Shown one piece after another: positions 1 through 13,249 of a stretch of 64,000 nucleotides of DNA. Both the position numbers and the translations under genes were made by a program. Origin of the DNA: the human T2T-CHM13v2.0 reference genome, Homo sapiens. The stretch lies in assembly GCF_009914755.1 (NCBI RefSeq), contig NC_060947.1, one strand, 5' to 3'. The notes beneath the pieces were generated by a model. The model saw nothing but the letters and a program-made list of their open reading frames with translations, was not told the DNA's origin and did not search any database. Every line of letters starts with the position of its first letter. Position 1 is the first letter of the stretch.

Positions 1-730
1 TGCAGGAAACCAGCGGTCTCTGGGAAGCTGAGCTCCAATTTAGCTCAGCCCTAAATGGAGGGTGTATCAGTGGCTGGGATGGGGGTGGAATGAAGCAGCT
101 TCATGGTAGCTTGGCCCTAGGGGGTAATACATAGCAGCACCTTGAGTCAAGGATGGTATGCTACTGGGCAAGTGTGCTGGAGTGGCAGCAAAACCTCAGA
201 GATGGAGGGGTGCAATGGCTACTCACCCCCAGAGCAGGACATACTCTAGTAGTGGCTCCAGTTCCAAGATGGTGCAGCACAGTAGCAGCACAGGCCACAG
301 GGAGAGGGGAGGTGGTAGGACACAGCATCAGCTCCTTCTCTGAGGGTAGCTCTAGGAACCTCCCTCAGCTAGGCTCAGAGCCTGTGAGGACTGCGGGAGT
401 TTCTGCTAGTGAAGAGGGCAGGTGTCTGCAGTGGTGATGGGAACTGCTGGGGTCCTCTTGCTTACCTTTGCACTGCAGGAAGGAATCCCACTTGGTTCTG
501 AGGTAATTCTAATCGAAGGAATGGGGTGACAGAGGCAAAGTATTTCCTCCCCTTCTCTATGTAGCCATCTTGGGTTTCTGTACTTTACAGGATTTCTGAT
601 GCATCATTGCTGTTCCCCAGAGCTCTCGCCCTGTTATTTTGGTCAAAATGTTGTTGTTTTATTGTTTTTTTGTGTGTGGGGGTGGAGCGGAGAGTGCTAA
701 GAGCTTCTAGTTGGCTGTCTGGCTAATGTC
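1..730 (-). mobile_element. Old L1M-class LINE-1, 5' UTR fragment
   Basis: GC-richer, CpG-decayed sequence. Its reverse complement begins ...agccaagacagccaactagaagc, resembling the L1 5' start (ccaagatggccgactagaagc). Confidence 0.6.
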
Positions 731-734
731 ATTG

Positions 735-1800
735 ACTCACATTTCTCTGATTTTCTTCTCTATATTTTTTGTGGATATATTCTGTTATCTTTTTTTAAAT
801 ATCTTATGTTGGACCCTCATCTGGCTCATTTTTATCCTATCTTTCTTTTTCAAAGGTACTGATTTAACATTATACATTTTATTTTACACACTGCTTTAGC
901 TGCATCCATCATTTCATCATTTCTATATTTTAATATAAAATCTTTCATTTTTTAGTTCCATTTTCTAATACCCATTTATGATTTCTCCTTTGTCTGTGAG
1001 TTGTTTAGAATAGTGTATGTTTATGGATATATGTGTGTCTTTTAATTTCCAGAAGTTTGGAGGTATTAGTTATCTTACTTATTTTTAACTTTATTGAGTC
1101 ATGATCAGAGAATGACGGCTCTATGAGCTAAGATTATTTGAAATGTGTTGAGACTTGCTTTATATCACAGAATATGGTTCATTTTCATAAATGAAATATT
1201 TTATTTTACCATATTTTGCACTAGTCTCTTCATTGTAAAATTTAACATAAATTTCTTAGATCATGATTGTTTAATTCTATTTTTCAAATCATCTATGAGT
1301 TTAATTATTTATTTCTGCTTATGCTTAATTACTGATAAATGAGTAAAACTCTTCCATCATGATGTTGCAAATTTCAGTTTAAAAGATTGTCAAGTTTTGC
1401 ACTATATATTTTGATGCTTTTATTTCCTTTGGGTAATTGTAAACTTTTAGAAGCACTCTTTAATCCTAGTAATAATTTTTACCTTAAATATTACTTAAAT
1501 GGGAAATCATGTAGCTATGCAAGCTTTCTTTTGATACTATAGGCCAGTATACACTTTTCCATTCCTTTATTTCAACTTTTCTGTATTATTATATTTTAGA
1601 TATTTATTTCCTACAGGGTATATAGCTGGCTCTTAGTTTTTATTGAATCTGGAAATCTCCATATATATTAACCAGAAAACTCACTTCATTCACATTTATT
1701 ATGATTTCTGATATATCTGGATTTATTTCTACCATTTGTTTTTTGTTTCTCTGTGTTTCTGCTTTTTTCTAGATTGTGCCTTCTTTGGCAAGCAGTAATT
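735..1800 (-). mobile_element. Highly diverged L1ME-like ORF2/inter-ORF fragment
   Basis: T-rich sequence with antisense L1 ORF2 motifs (ctttagctgcatcc, tgttgagacttgcttta, ctttcttttgat...gtatacacttttccattcct). Confidence 0.55.
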
Positions 1801-1998
1801 TATTTATAATACTTATTTCACTTTATTATTTTTATTTTGGTAAAAAGCAAGTAAAAAAATAGAAATTCACACTCAAAGTTTAAGTGTACAGTATTGTATT
1901 GTCAACTATAAGTACAACAAATTTACAGAACATTTTTATCTTAAATGACTAAACTATAACAAATTTACAGAACGTTTTCATTGTAAATGACCAAACTC

Positions 1999-2957
1999 AG
2001 AAACAGCAGAGTACAAAGACAACCCACAGAGTGGGAGGAAATCTTCACAATCTATACATCCGACAAAGGACTAATATCCAGAATCTACAAGAAACTCAAA
2101 CAAATTAGCAAGAATAAAACAAACAATCCCATCAAAAAGTGGGCTAAAGACATGAATAGACAATTCTCAGAAGAAGATATACAAATGGCCAACAAACATA
2201 TGAAAAAATGCTCAACATCACTAATGATCAGGGAAACGCAAAAAACACGATGTGATACCAACTTACTCCCACAAGAATGGCCATAATGAAAAAATAAAAA
2301 AAGAATAGATGTTGGCATGGATGAAATGGTGGTGGGAATGTAAACTAGTACAACCACTACAGAAAACAGTGTGGAGATCTCTTAAAGAACTAGAAGTAGA
2401 ACTACCATTTGATCCAGCAACCCCACTACTGGGTATCTACCCAGAGGAAAAGAAATCATTTACGAAAAAGATACTTGCACACGCATGTTTACAGCAGCAA
2501 AATTTGCAATTGCAGAAATATGGAACCAGCCCAAATGCCAATCAATCAATGCATGGATAAAGAAATTGTGGTATATATATGATGGGAAACTACTCAGCCA
2601 TAAAAAGGAATGAATTAATGGCATTTGCAACAACCTGGATGGAGACTATTATTCTAAGTGAAGTAACTGAGGAATGGAAAACCAAACATCACATGTTCTC
2701 ACTCATAAGTGGGAGCTAAGCTACAAGGATGCAAAGACATGAGAATGATACAATGGACTTTGGAAACTCGGGGGTACGGATGGGGTGTGAGGGATAAAAG
2801 ACCACAAATTGGGTTCAATGTGTACTGCTTGGGTGATAGGTGCAGCAAAATCTTACAAATTACCACTAAAGAAGCTACTCATATATACTCATGTAACCAA
2901 ATACCACATGTTCCTCCCAAAACCTATGGAAATATTTTTTTTAAAGCCAAAAAAAAT
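1999..2957 (+). mobile_element. 5'-truncated L1PB1-like LINE-1
   Basis: ORF2 C-terminal remnant ([33 protein letters not shown]). L1PB-type 3' UTR ending ataccacatgttcctcccaaaacctatggaaat, followed by an A-rich tail. Confidence 0.9.
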
Positions 2958-3781
2958 AGAAATTATCCTTATTTTTAAATATTAAATCAGACATTCACCA
3001 TAGATTTAGTATAGCTATCCTCTGTCAGAATTACAAAGTTATATTTTTAGTTTGCTAAAAGCTATTATTATAATGGACTTTGAATTTTATCAAAATGTTT
3101 TTCCTTCCATTGAAATGATCATGTAATTTCATTCCTTCAATTTGAATTTATTAAATGATTTTCAAATGTTAAACAGTATCCCTAAATAAATTGAACTTGG
3201 TAATTAAAAAATGAACTCTGTTTCCACTAAACTCTATATCCACTAAAAAGAAATTGACTATTTCCCCTTCCACCCTAACCCCTGGAAACAACTATTCTAG
3301 TTTCTGCTTCTGTGAATGTATTACTTTAAATATCCCACGTAAGTGGAATCATGTATTATTTGTTCTTCTGTGACTGGCTTATTTCACATGTCATAATGCC
3401 CTCAGGGCTCATCTATATTGTAGCATATCACAGGATTTTCCTCTTTTGTAAAGCTGAACAATATTCCACTGTATGTGTATGCCACGTTTTCTTTATTCAT
3501 TCACCCATTAATGAACATTTAGGTTGTTTCTACCTCTTGACTATTGTGAATAATGCTACAGTGAACATGGGAGTGCAAATATTTCTTTCAGATCCTGTTT
3601 TCAATTCTTTTGGTTAAATATCCAGAAGTGGGATTGCTGAATCATATAGTAATACTATTTTAAATTTTTTAGGAAACTTCATTCTGTTTTTTATAGTGAG
3701 TATACCATTTTGCATTCCAGCCAATGGTGCACAAGGGTTCCAATTTCTCCATACCTTTGCTGACACTTGGGATTTTCAGAT

Positions 3782-3853
3782 TTCTCTCTCTTTCTCTCTC
3801 TGCCCCCGCCCTCTCTCTCTCATATGTGTGTGTCTATGCTCGTGTGTGTGTGT
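3782..3853. repeat. (CT)n/(TG)n microsatellite
   Basis: ctctctctttctctctct...tgtgtgtgtg. Confidence 0.8.
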
Positions 3854-4526
3854 TTAAATAATGAATAATGACCATCCTAACAGATGTGAGGAGGTATCTC
3901 ATTGCAGTTTTTATTTGCATCTCCTGGATGATTAGTGATGCTGAAAGTCTTTCCATATACTTGTTGGCTCATCATATGTCTTTTTTGGAGAAGTGTCTAA
4001 TCAAGCCATTTGCCTATTGTTTAATTGGGTTATTGTTTTATTGCTACTGAGTTATAGGGCTTATGTATTTTGGTTGTTAACCCCTTATCAGATACATGGT
4101 TTATAAATATTCTCTCCCATTCGATAGGTTGCATTTTCAATTTATTGATTGTTTCATTTGTTGTGCAGACACTCTTCAGTTTGATATAGTCCCACTTGTC
4201 TATTTTTGCTTTTGTTGCCTGTGCTTTTAGTGTTATATCTACTAAATCATTGCTAAGACCAATGTTATGAAGATTTTTCCCTATGTTTCCTCTAGCAGTT
4301 TTACAGTTTCCATTCTTGTGTTTGTCTTTAATACATTTGGAATTGATTTTTCTGTACAGTGTAAGATAGAGTAAAATTTTATTCTTATGCATGAGGATAG
4401 TCAGTTTTCCCAACACCACTTATTGAACCTACTGTCCTTTCCCTATCACATAGTATGGCTCCCTTGTTAAAGTAGTTGACTGTGTATGCGTGGATTTATT
4501 TCTGTATTCTGTTCCATTGTTCAATG

Positions 4527-6463
4527 TTTTTCTTTTTTTATATACTTTAAGTTCTGGGATACATGTGCAGAACGTGCAGGTTTGTTACATAGGTATACAC
4601 GTGCCATGGTGGTTTGCTGCACCCATCAACCCATCGTCTACATTAGGTATTTCTCCTAATGCTATCCCTCCGCTAGCCCCCCACCCCGACAGGCCCCAGT
4701 GTGTGATGTTGCCCTCCCTGTGTCCATGTGTTCTCATTGATCAACTCCTACTTGTGAGTGAGAACATGCAGTGTTTGGTTTTCTATTCCTGTGTTAGTTT
4801 GCTGAGAATTCATTTCCATCTTCATTCATGTCCCTGCAAATGACATGAACTCATCCTTTTTTATGGCTGCATAGTATTCCATTGTGTACATGTGCCACAT
4901 TTTCTTTATCCAGTCTATCATCGATGGGCATTTGGGTTGGTTCCAAGTCTTTGCTATTGTGAATAGTGCTGCAATAAACATACGTGTGTGTGTCTTTATA
5001 GTAGAATGATTTATAATCCTTTGGGCATATACCCAGTAATGGGATTGCTGGGTCAAATGGTATTTCTGGTTCTAGATCCTTGAGGAATCACCACACTGTC
5101 TTCCACAATGGTTGAACCAATTTACACTCCCACCAACAGTGTAAAAACACTCCTATTTCTCCACATCCTCTCCAGCATGTGTTGTTTCCTGACTTTTTAA
5201 TGATTGCCATTCTACCTGGCGTGAAATGGTATTTCATTGTGGTTTTGATTTGCATTTCTCTAATAACCAGTGATGATGAGCTTTTTTTCATATGTTTGTT
5301 GGCCACATAAATTTCTTCTTTTGAGAAGTGTCTGTTCATATACTTTGCCCACTTTTTGATGGGGTTGTTTGTTTTTTTCTGGTAAATTTGTTTAAGTTCC
5401 TTGTAGATTCTGGATATTAGCCCTTTGTCAGATGGAGAGAGAGCAAAATTTTTCTCCCATTCTGTAGGTTGCCTGTTCACTCTGATAATGGTATCTTTTG
5501 CTGTGCAGAAGCTCTTTAGTTGAATTAGATACCATTTATCAATGTTGCCTTTTGTTACCATTGCTTTTGGTGTTTTAGTCATGAAGTCTTTGCCCATGCC
5601 TATGTCCTGAATGGTATTGCCTAGGATTTCTTCTAGTTTTTATGGTTTTAGATCTTACGCTTAAGTCTTTAATCTATCTTGAGTTAGTTTTTGTATAAGG
5701 TGTAAGGAAGGGGTCCAGTTTCAGTTTTCTTCACATGGCTAGCCAGTTTTCTCAACACCATTTACTAAATAGGTAATCCTTTCCCCATTGCTTATTTTTT
5801 TCAGGTTTGTCAAAAATCAGATGGTTGTAGATGTGTGGCATTATTTCTGAAGCCTCTGTTCTGTTTCATTGGTCTATATATGTGTTTTGGTACCAGTACC
5901 ATGCTGTTTTGTTTGCTGTAGCCTTGTAGTATAGTTTGAAGTCAGGTAGCATGATGCCTCCAGCTTTGTTCTTTTTGCTTAGGATTGTCTTGGTTATATG
6001 GTCTCTTTTTTGGTTCCGTATGAAATTTAAAGTAGTTTTTTCTAATTCTGTGACAAAAATCAATTGTAGCTTGATGGGGATAGTGTTGAATCTATAAATT
6101 ACTTTGGGCAATATGGCCATTTTCACAATATTGATTCTTCCTATCCATGAGCATAGCATATTTTTCCATTTGTTTGTGTCTCCTCTTATTTCTTTGAGCA
6201 GTGGTTTGTAGTTCTCCTTGAAGAGGTCCTTCACATCCCTTGTAAGTTTTATTCCTAGGTATTTTATTGGCTTTGTAGCAATTGTGAATGGGAGTTCACT
6301 CATGATTTGGCTCTCTGTTTGTCTATTATTGGTGTATAGGAATGCTTGTGATTTTTGCCAGTTGATTTTGTATCCTGAGACTTTGCTGAAGTTGCTTATC
6401 AGCTTAAGGAGGTTTTGGGCTGAGACAAAGGGGTTTTCTAAATATACAGTAATGTCATCTGCA
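4527..6463 (-). mobile_element. 5'-truncated L1PA7-like LINE-1
   Basis: Poly(T), then tatactttaagttctgggatacatgtgcagaacgtgcagg and ctagccccccacccc. ORF2 remnants at 4826-5056, 5088-5597 and 5866-6303. Truncated at the ADD motif of the RT. Confidence 0.92.
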
Positions 6464-9443
6464 TCTTTTCACTTTGGGTCTGTGTATCCTTAAATCTAAA
6501 ATAAATCTCTTATAGACAACATAGAGTTTGATCATTTTTAATCCATTTAGCCACTCTATTTTGATTGGGAGTTTTAATTCATTTTATTTAAAGTAATTAT
6601 TTATAGGAAACGACTTACTACTGATATTTTGTTAAGTGTTCTGTCTATCCTTTTAGCTTTTTTGTTATTCTTTTCCTCTCTTGCTGTTTTCCTTTGTGTT
6701 TCTTTGAAATTTTTGTAATTTTGTAATGGCATGCTTTATTTCTTTCTCATTTTCTTTTGTATATATTCTATAAGTATTTTCTTTGTACTTACCATGGGGT
6801 TTACATAAAACACTGTATAGTTATAACAATCTATTTTAAGTTAATAACAGCTTCAATCACATGAAAATACTCTACCCTTTTACATCTCTCCTCCCACTCT
6901 GTATGCTATCTATGTCACAAATTTTACTTTTTATAACATATTCATTAACATATTTTAAAGGTATAGTTATTCTTTATAGTTTTGTCATTTAATTCTATAG
7001 CAGAATTAAAAGTGATTTGCATGCCACTGTTACAGTATTACAGTATTCTGTAATACTTTGTACTTAATGCTTTATACTTTTATATACTTTTATGTTGCTG
7101 TTTAGTGTCCTTTCATTCCAGCTTGAAGGACTTTCTTTAGCATTTCTTTTGGGCAGGTCTAGTGATAATGAACTCCCTCAGCTTTTATTTATCTTGGAAT
7201 GTCTTTATTTATCCTTCATTTTTGAAGAATGTTTGGCTGGATATAGTATTCATGGTTGATGGGTTTTTTTCTTTCTTTCTGCACATAGACTATATCATCC
7301 CACTCTTACTTGGCCTGCAAGGTTTCTCATAAAAAATCTGCTGATAGTCTTATGATTATTCCTTTGTACATGGTGGGTCACTTTTTTACTTGCTGTTTTC
7401 AACATTTTCTCTTTGACTTTTCACAATTTGACTATAATGTGTCTTGACAGGGATTTCTTTAGATTTATCTTAGTTGGAGTTTTTCAGCTTCTTGAATATG
7501 GATGTTCATTTCCTTCTCCAGATTTGTGAAGTTTTCAGACATCATTTCTTTAAATAATCTTTATGGCACTTTCTGTCTTTCTTCTCCTTCTGTAACTTCC
7601 ATACTGCATAAATTGATTGGCTTGGTAATATGCTGCAAGTCCCTACAGCTTTCTTTACTCTTTTTCATTCTTTTTTTTTTCCTTTGACTGAGCAATTTCA
7701 TATGGAGTGTCTTCAAGTTCACTGATTCTTTCTTCTGTTTTATTAATGCTGCTGTTGAATCCCTCTAGTGAATTTTTCAGTTTGATTATTGTATTCTTCA
7801 GCTTCAAAATTTCTGTTTGTTTCTTTTTATATTTTCTATTTCTCTTTGTTGATATTCTCATTTTCTTCATGCATCATTTCCTTGAGCTCATAGAGTATCT
7901 TTATAATGGTTATTTTGAATTTTTGACAGATAGTTTATGTATCTTCAACTCTTTAGGGTTGGTTTCTGGAGATTTGTTCTGTTCCTCTTTTGGACCACAT
8001 TTCCCTGTTTCTTTTGTTGTTGTTGTTTGTCTGTTTGTATTTTATAACTTTTTGTCAGGATCTGCACATTTGAAAAAATGGCCATTTCTCCCAGTGTTTA
8101 CAGACTGGCTTTGTACAAGGTAAGAACCTTGCCAATCATTTTGGCTCAAGATTTGTGTCTATCTGTGGCACTGAAAGTTCTCTATTTCTACAGCAGGAAG
8201 TCACTTTACTCTCTCCTGTTCACATCAGCCACCAGGCAATTGGCCACATCCTGAGTCAGTCAATACAGATATCAATCCCTCAAATAGCCCTCTAAAAAGC
8301 CAGAATGCTGAACAATGCTCCATTGCTCCTCTCTCTGTCTCCTGAGGAGAAGTCTCAAGTTGTGCACCTTCTCCAAATTGTGTCAAGCCATGCCCTTTGC
8401 AGCAAACTGTTCCCTGCTTTTATTGTTCTCAGCAGTCCCCAAGAATCTAAATGATACCAGTTCTATTAGCACTCCAAATGAGGCAAGACAGAAACCAGCT
8501 CCTTGAGGAGCCCTTCAAAAGCTAGAACACTGGACACAGTCCTCTCTTCTCTTCCATGAGCTGGAACATTCTGTCTCAGGAGTGAGCTGTACTGACTTAG
8601 GGAAGTGCTGACATTGGTAAAATAAAAGGGCTCTTCTTATCTATTTCAATGTAGCTGTTCTTGGTTTTGTGCTTGCCTAGGGTACTATAGCTTCTTAACT
8701 GGATTCTCAAATCTCATAAAAGTATTTTGGCCCATATATCATTATTAAATTGGTGTTTCTATGGGAGAACAATGTCTCAGACTTCCTATTCTGCCATCTT
8801 GCTGACATCACTCCTCTGTATATATCTTTTTAATTATTGAGTTTTAGATCTCTTTCCTTCTATATTCAATGAAAAAAAATTCTTTTTTCTATTCTTTTCT
8901 TGATATCCTTGCAAATTTAGCATATATACCCAACAAATGTAAGTAATGGTTTATCTTTGTTTTTCAGCTTTTATTGTCTGGCTTTTTGACATTTGTATTC
9001 ATCTCTTGTTAGCTTTCATGTGAATGTAAAATGTTTGATATATTTATCCGGGATGTCTAGGTTTTTGTGATACAATATTTTTCAGGATTTTTAGTCAGCT
9101 GTATTTCCAGAAACAGACCACCAAATACCTTTAGAAAGGATTAACTTTATAAAGATACTTCTTACAATTTCAGTGCATTTCAAATTTGATTACCATCAGG
9201 ACAGATTTAATATCTTTCTGTATTGTTTTCTGTGTATTAGTGAACAGAGGTTATAAAATAATGAAACAAAGGAGAAATTGATGGGAAGATTGCTAACTCG
9301 ATTTTTAATAGAGGGGAAATATATAACACAGAAAAAGAGGGTACTTTTACTTTGAGTAAGGCCACGGAAACTATGAAAACATTCTCAGTCTGTTTTCTCT
9401 AACCCTCAATCTTATTTATAAGCTCTTGTTTCTCCCTCGTCAT

Positions 9444-9786
9444 TGTGATTGTTGGTTTTATGTGTCAGATTGACTAGGCTATTGAACCTCATTATTTAAT
9501 CAAACAATAATCTTAGCTGTTGCTGTGAAGGTATTTTGTAAATGTGGTTAACATCTATAATTAGCTGCCTTTAAATAAAGAAGATTACTCTAGATAATGT
9601 GAATGGAACTCATCTAACCAGTTGAAGGTGTTAAGAGTAAAAAATAAGGTTTCCTGGAGAAAAGAATTTCTGCCTCAAGACTACTGCATCAGCTCCTGGC
9701 TGAGTTTCCAGCCTCTTGGTCTGCCCTACAGATTTTGGACTTATCGACCCGCATGATCACATGATCCAATCCCTATAAATAAATCT
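9444..9786 (+). mobile_element. MLT2 (ERVL) LTR, MLT2C/D-like
   Basis: tgtg...gttggttttatgtgtcagattgactaggct, ttgctgtgaaggtattttgta, ccagttgaagg, ctgagtttccagcct...gccctacagattttggactt, ataaataaatct. Confidence 0.85.
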
Positions 9787-9829
9787 GGAGAAGCCTGACT
9801 CTCTGTTCCCTCATTTACAATAAATGTCA

Positions 9830-10110
9830 TAATCTTCCCCTTCTCATAAAACCATCTCTTCCTCATCATCTCTGTTAACAACTGATTCTTTGAGTATAAC
9901 TTTCCATGTATTAAAAACTTTGACATCTGGCTCAGCCTTTCTTTCCCAAATCATGTTATCCTCTTGGGTGACCCCAGAGTCCTTGTGGATGACCCATCTA
10001 ACAACCTATTCTGTGCAATTTTTGACCCCTCAATTCTAGTGACTTTTCAACTTCAGACCCACAAACATAACCTGAACATCAGTATCCTGGCTTCAAGGAA
10101 TCAGTGTCAC
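9830..10110 (+). mobile_element. L2 fragment
   Basis: Degenerate L2 endonuclease-region motif (ttgggtgac...gtggatgacccatctaacaacc). Confidence 0.45.
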
Positions 10111-12684
10111 CATGAGAGCCAATTCCATTGCAGTATTGCCAGGTACCAACAGGGTATAGATACCTGGAATGATGTCAGAGTCAGAACATGAGGGGACAGT
10201 AGCCCTCTTATGCATTTTGCTGTTCCTCAACTTACATCATAGAAACAGATAGGTGTTCACACCTAAGGAGAATCATTCATACCAGGTAATTTGGAAAGCT
10301 AACATTTTGGGTAGCATAAAACACTTATTTTATTTTGTTTTTTCTTCCCCAATTGAAAGAGTTATTCTCTCTGCCCCCGACTTTTGATAGTAGTATTTTC
10401 ATGTACATATTTTTCTCATTCTAGTCTTCTAAATGCTTTCCCATTCATCTAATTGTACACTCCTAAGTGAGCTCTCATTTTCTCATTTCTACAAGATTTG
10501 CAATTTACATGACACAGTACCCAATTCAACATCGTAAAATTTCTAATGTCACAAAAATTACATTGAAAATGGGAGGAAATCACCTGTTTAAAAGTAAGAA
10601 AATGCAAGGACATCAACTATCCAGGGACATTAAGTTGAATTTAATACTCTATTCTATTATAGTTAACAACTAAGACAGAGAAGGAGAAAAATATTTGATT
10701 CTTAGAAGGATAGAAAAAAAATAAAGGAGCTTAGGGCCTGTGATAAATCCTAAAAAAGAGGAAAAATAAATACATACTGCACCACAGTGTCTACAAAGGA
10801 TTTAGGACACCACGAGTAGTCAAATGCAGTTAAGAAAACTCGAAACCATCTAGTTTTAAGCAGAGACAAACAAAAGTAACAGCTTCTTCTCTTTTCTCCC
10901 AAATACCCAGAGAGTTAGAAAACCGGCAAAGGTAACTAATTTTCCTTTGCAAAGATTGAGAAGTAACATGTGTTTCTAGAAATCTCACAATGAGCATTCT
11001 CTTCATCACCACTTTCAGAAAGTACAGCCAAATGGATTATCATTTGAACACCAAGGAGCTTATCTCTTGAGGTTAGTCTATCATTTTCTGAATGTTCTAA
11101 CCACTCAAAGCATTTGTAATAATGCCGTGAATAGAAGAACTATAGCATAGGTCTCTCGTGGCTGCAAACCAGAACATTGTACATGCCCCCAAGAGCATGT
11201 TTAATGTCATAATTCAGAAGAGTTAAGTTTACTTGTCAATTTCTCTACCCCTTAGGAGACATCAAAATGCTAAATTATCTATTAACAAGTTGTTTCTTAG
11301 GGTTATTTTAGGGTGGGAAATGGCAGGACAGTTTCCCAGGCTCTAAATGTCAAAGCCACCTTTGATATTTATCTCTTACCAGGCTCTCCCCAAACATGTC
11401 CTTTTACTAGCTCTTTCTTCACAATATCTCTTAGGTCTTGCCCTTCTTTTCCATATTCACTGCCTCAGCCTGGCTCTGCAGTACATATCATCAAACTAGG
11501 AACATTGCAATAATAGCCAGGCAGTACTATTCCCACATTTATTCTCTAATATACCTTCCAATTTATTACTCACACAGAACAAAGATTCATATTTCTAAAA
11601 CATATCATGTCAGTCCCATATTCATAAAACTTCAGTGATTGCCCTTTGGCTTTAAGATAAAGTGCAAAATATTGTAAAATGGTTTCTTGGCTGACTTGAG
11701 TAATTTATATACTTATATACAGCATAACATTTCAATTCTCTTTAGCCATACCAACAGTTCTCTTTGATACCAAGTACTTAAAAGCAGGAGAGGGATTATA
11801 TATTGAATGAGTAGACCAGACAGGAAAAGAGAAGTGGCATGAAATTCCAGAGCTCTGGTTCCAAGTTTGAAGATTCACTTAGACTCTGGCATTCTTCCTC
11901 TGGAGGATGGGTGTGGCATATGGCTACCAGGGTGATATTGATGGATAAACCCCTATCTCTTCCAGGTTATGGAGAGCCAGAGGTTAGGGCTTTAACACTC
12001 AAAGCATGAGCCTAACTGAAAGGCTAAAAAACTTACTATGACTCTCAGTTTATGACAATGACTCAGACATTTTATAGTGCATAGAACTGCAAGGTTCCCG
12101 CTCATTAGAGCAAAGCTAGCTTTTACCTGGTCCCTCTCCCACAGGCTTTTAAGAATTAGAGGGACTCAAATCTCCTTTACTGAGTTTATTCTAAGACTCA
12201 GTACTAGAAATATGGTAAAAGGGGATCTCGACTCCCTATCTTACTTTTAGGGACACTTTTAAGAAATCAAAGCATATTTTTCAGAATGTGCATTGCTGAC
12301 CAAAGTTATCTTTAATGTATAACACACGTTTGAGCCAAGCTTATTTACTATCTGAAACCTAAACATTAGTATGGCCTTTGCTATAAATGTTAGTACTGCT
12401 CTTTGGCTACAAGATAAAGTTCGAAAATATTGTAAAATGGTTTATTGGCTAATTTCAGCAATTTACAAACAGCCTAATATTTTAATTCTTTCTAGCCATG
12501 CCAGCTAAGGAAAATAACTCTAATAATATTCTGCCAAGGAAAATGCTAATTCACAGACAGATAATGAGGATATCTGATTTTTCAATTTTAGGAAACTTAG
12601 AGAACTTTAAGAAATACCTTTTTCAAATCTCCATTTTTCAATCAGTCCATAACACACTTTAATTTTTTTCAGCCAGCATTCTCT

Positions 12685-13035
12685 TAGTGTTATTTAAATG
12701 AGCTAATATATGCAAAGAGTTTAGAATCATGCCTGGCACACAACAAGCCTTATTCAAGTGTTTACTATGATTAATATATTATTATTATTGGAAGTTGTAC
12801 AATCTCTGGATGAAGACAGACCTGGATTTGGAGTCTATGTCTGGACTCACTAGGCTGGGTGATCTTGGGTGAATCATTTAGTCCTTCTGGGTCTTGGCCT
12901 TTTCTTTTGCAAAACAGAGATAATAATAACTACCATAAAGAATTGGAAAATAAAATATAATGGAGCCAAAATACCTAGTACAGGACCTGGTGGTGTATAC
13001 AGCAAGTGCTCCATAAGGAAAAGTTATTATTATTC
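12685..13035. mobile_element. MIR SINE fragments (two)
   Basis: aaatgagctaatatatgcaaagagtttagaatcatgcctggcacac; cagacctggatttg...gatcttgggtgaatcattta...cttttgcaaaacagagataataata. Confidence 0.7.
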
Positions 13036-13249
13036 ATTGCTGTACTTTACTCTCCTTGCTCCCCAGACTAAAATACTTCTCACCCTCACTTCTATGCTCT
13101 CACTTGAATGAGGAACTAGACACAAGGGATTCATCCTTCTTCCGCCCCCTCCTCCTTAGATTTACCTGTACAACTCATTTGGCTCATACATGGCAAGCAT
13201 AGTAAATAGTAAGAACTCAACCCCAAATTTGCTAGACATCAAAGCCTTC

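Larger units (their letters stand above)
1822..8817 (-). mobile_element. L1MA/L1MB-class LINE-1 in pieces (3' end 1822-1998 and 3212-4526; ORF2 N-terminus, ORF1 and 5' UTR 6464-8817)
   Basis: 3' UTR motifs (aagtgtacagt, cccctggaaacaactattcta, gtggaatcatg). ORF2 remnant 4030-4419 (KAQATKAKIDKWDYIKLKS) and ORF1 coiled-coil remnant 7655-7870 (EERISELED). 5' terminus ctattctgccatcttgctgacatca at ~8790-8810. Whether all pieces belong to one element is inferred. Confidence 0.75.
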
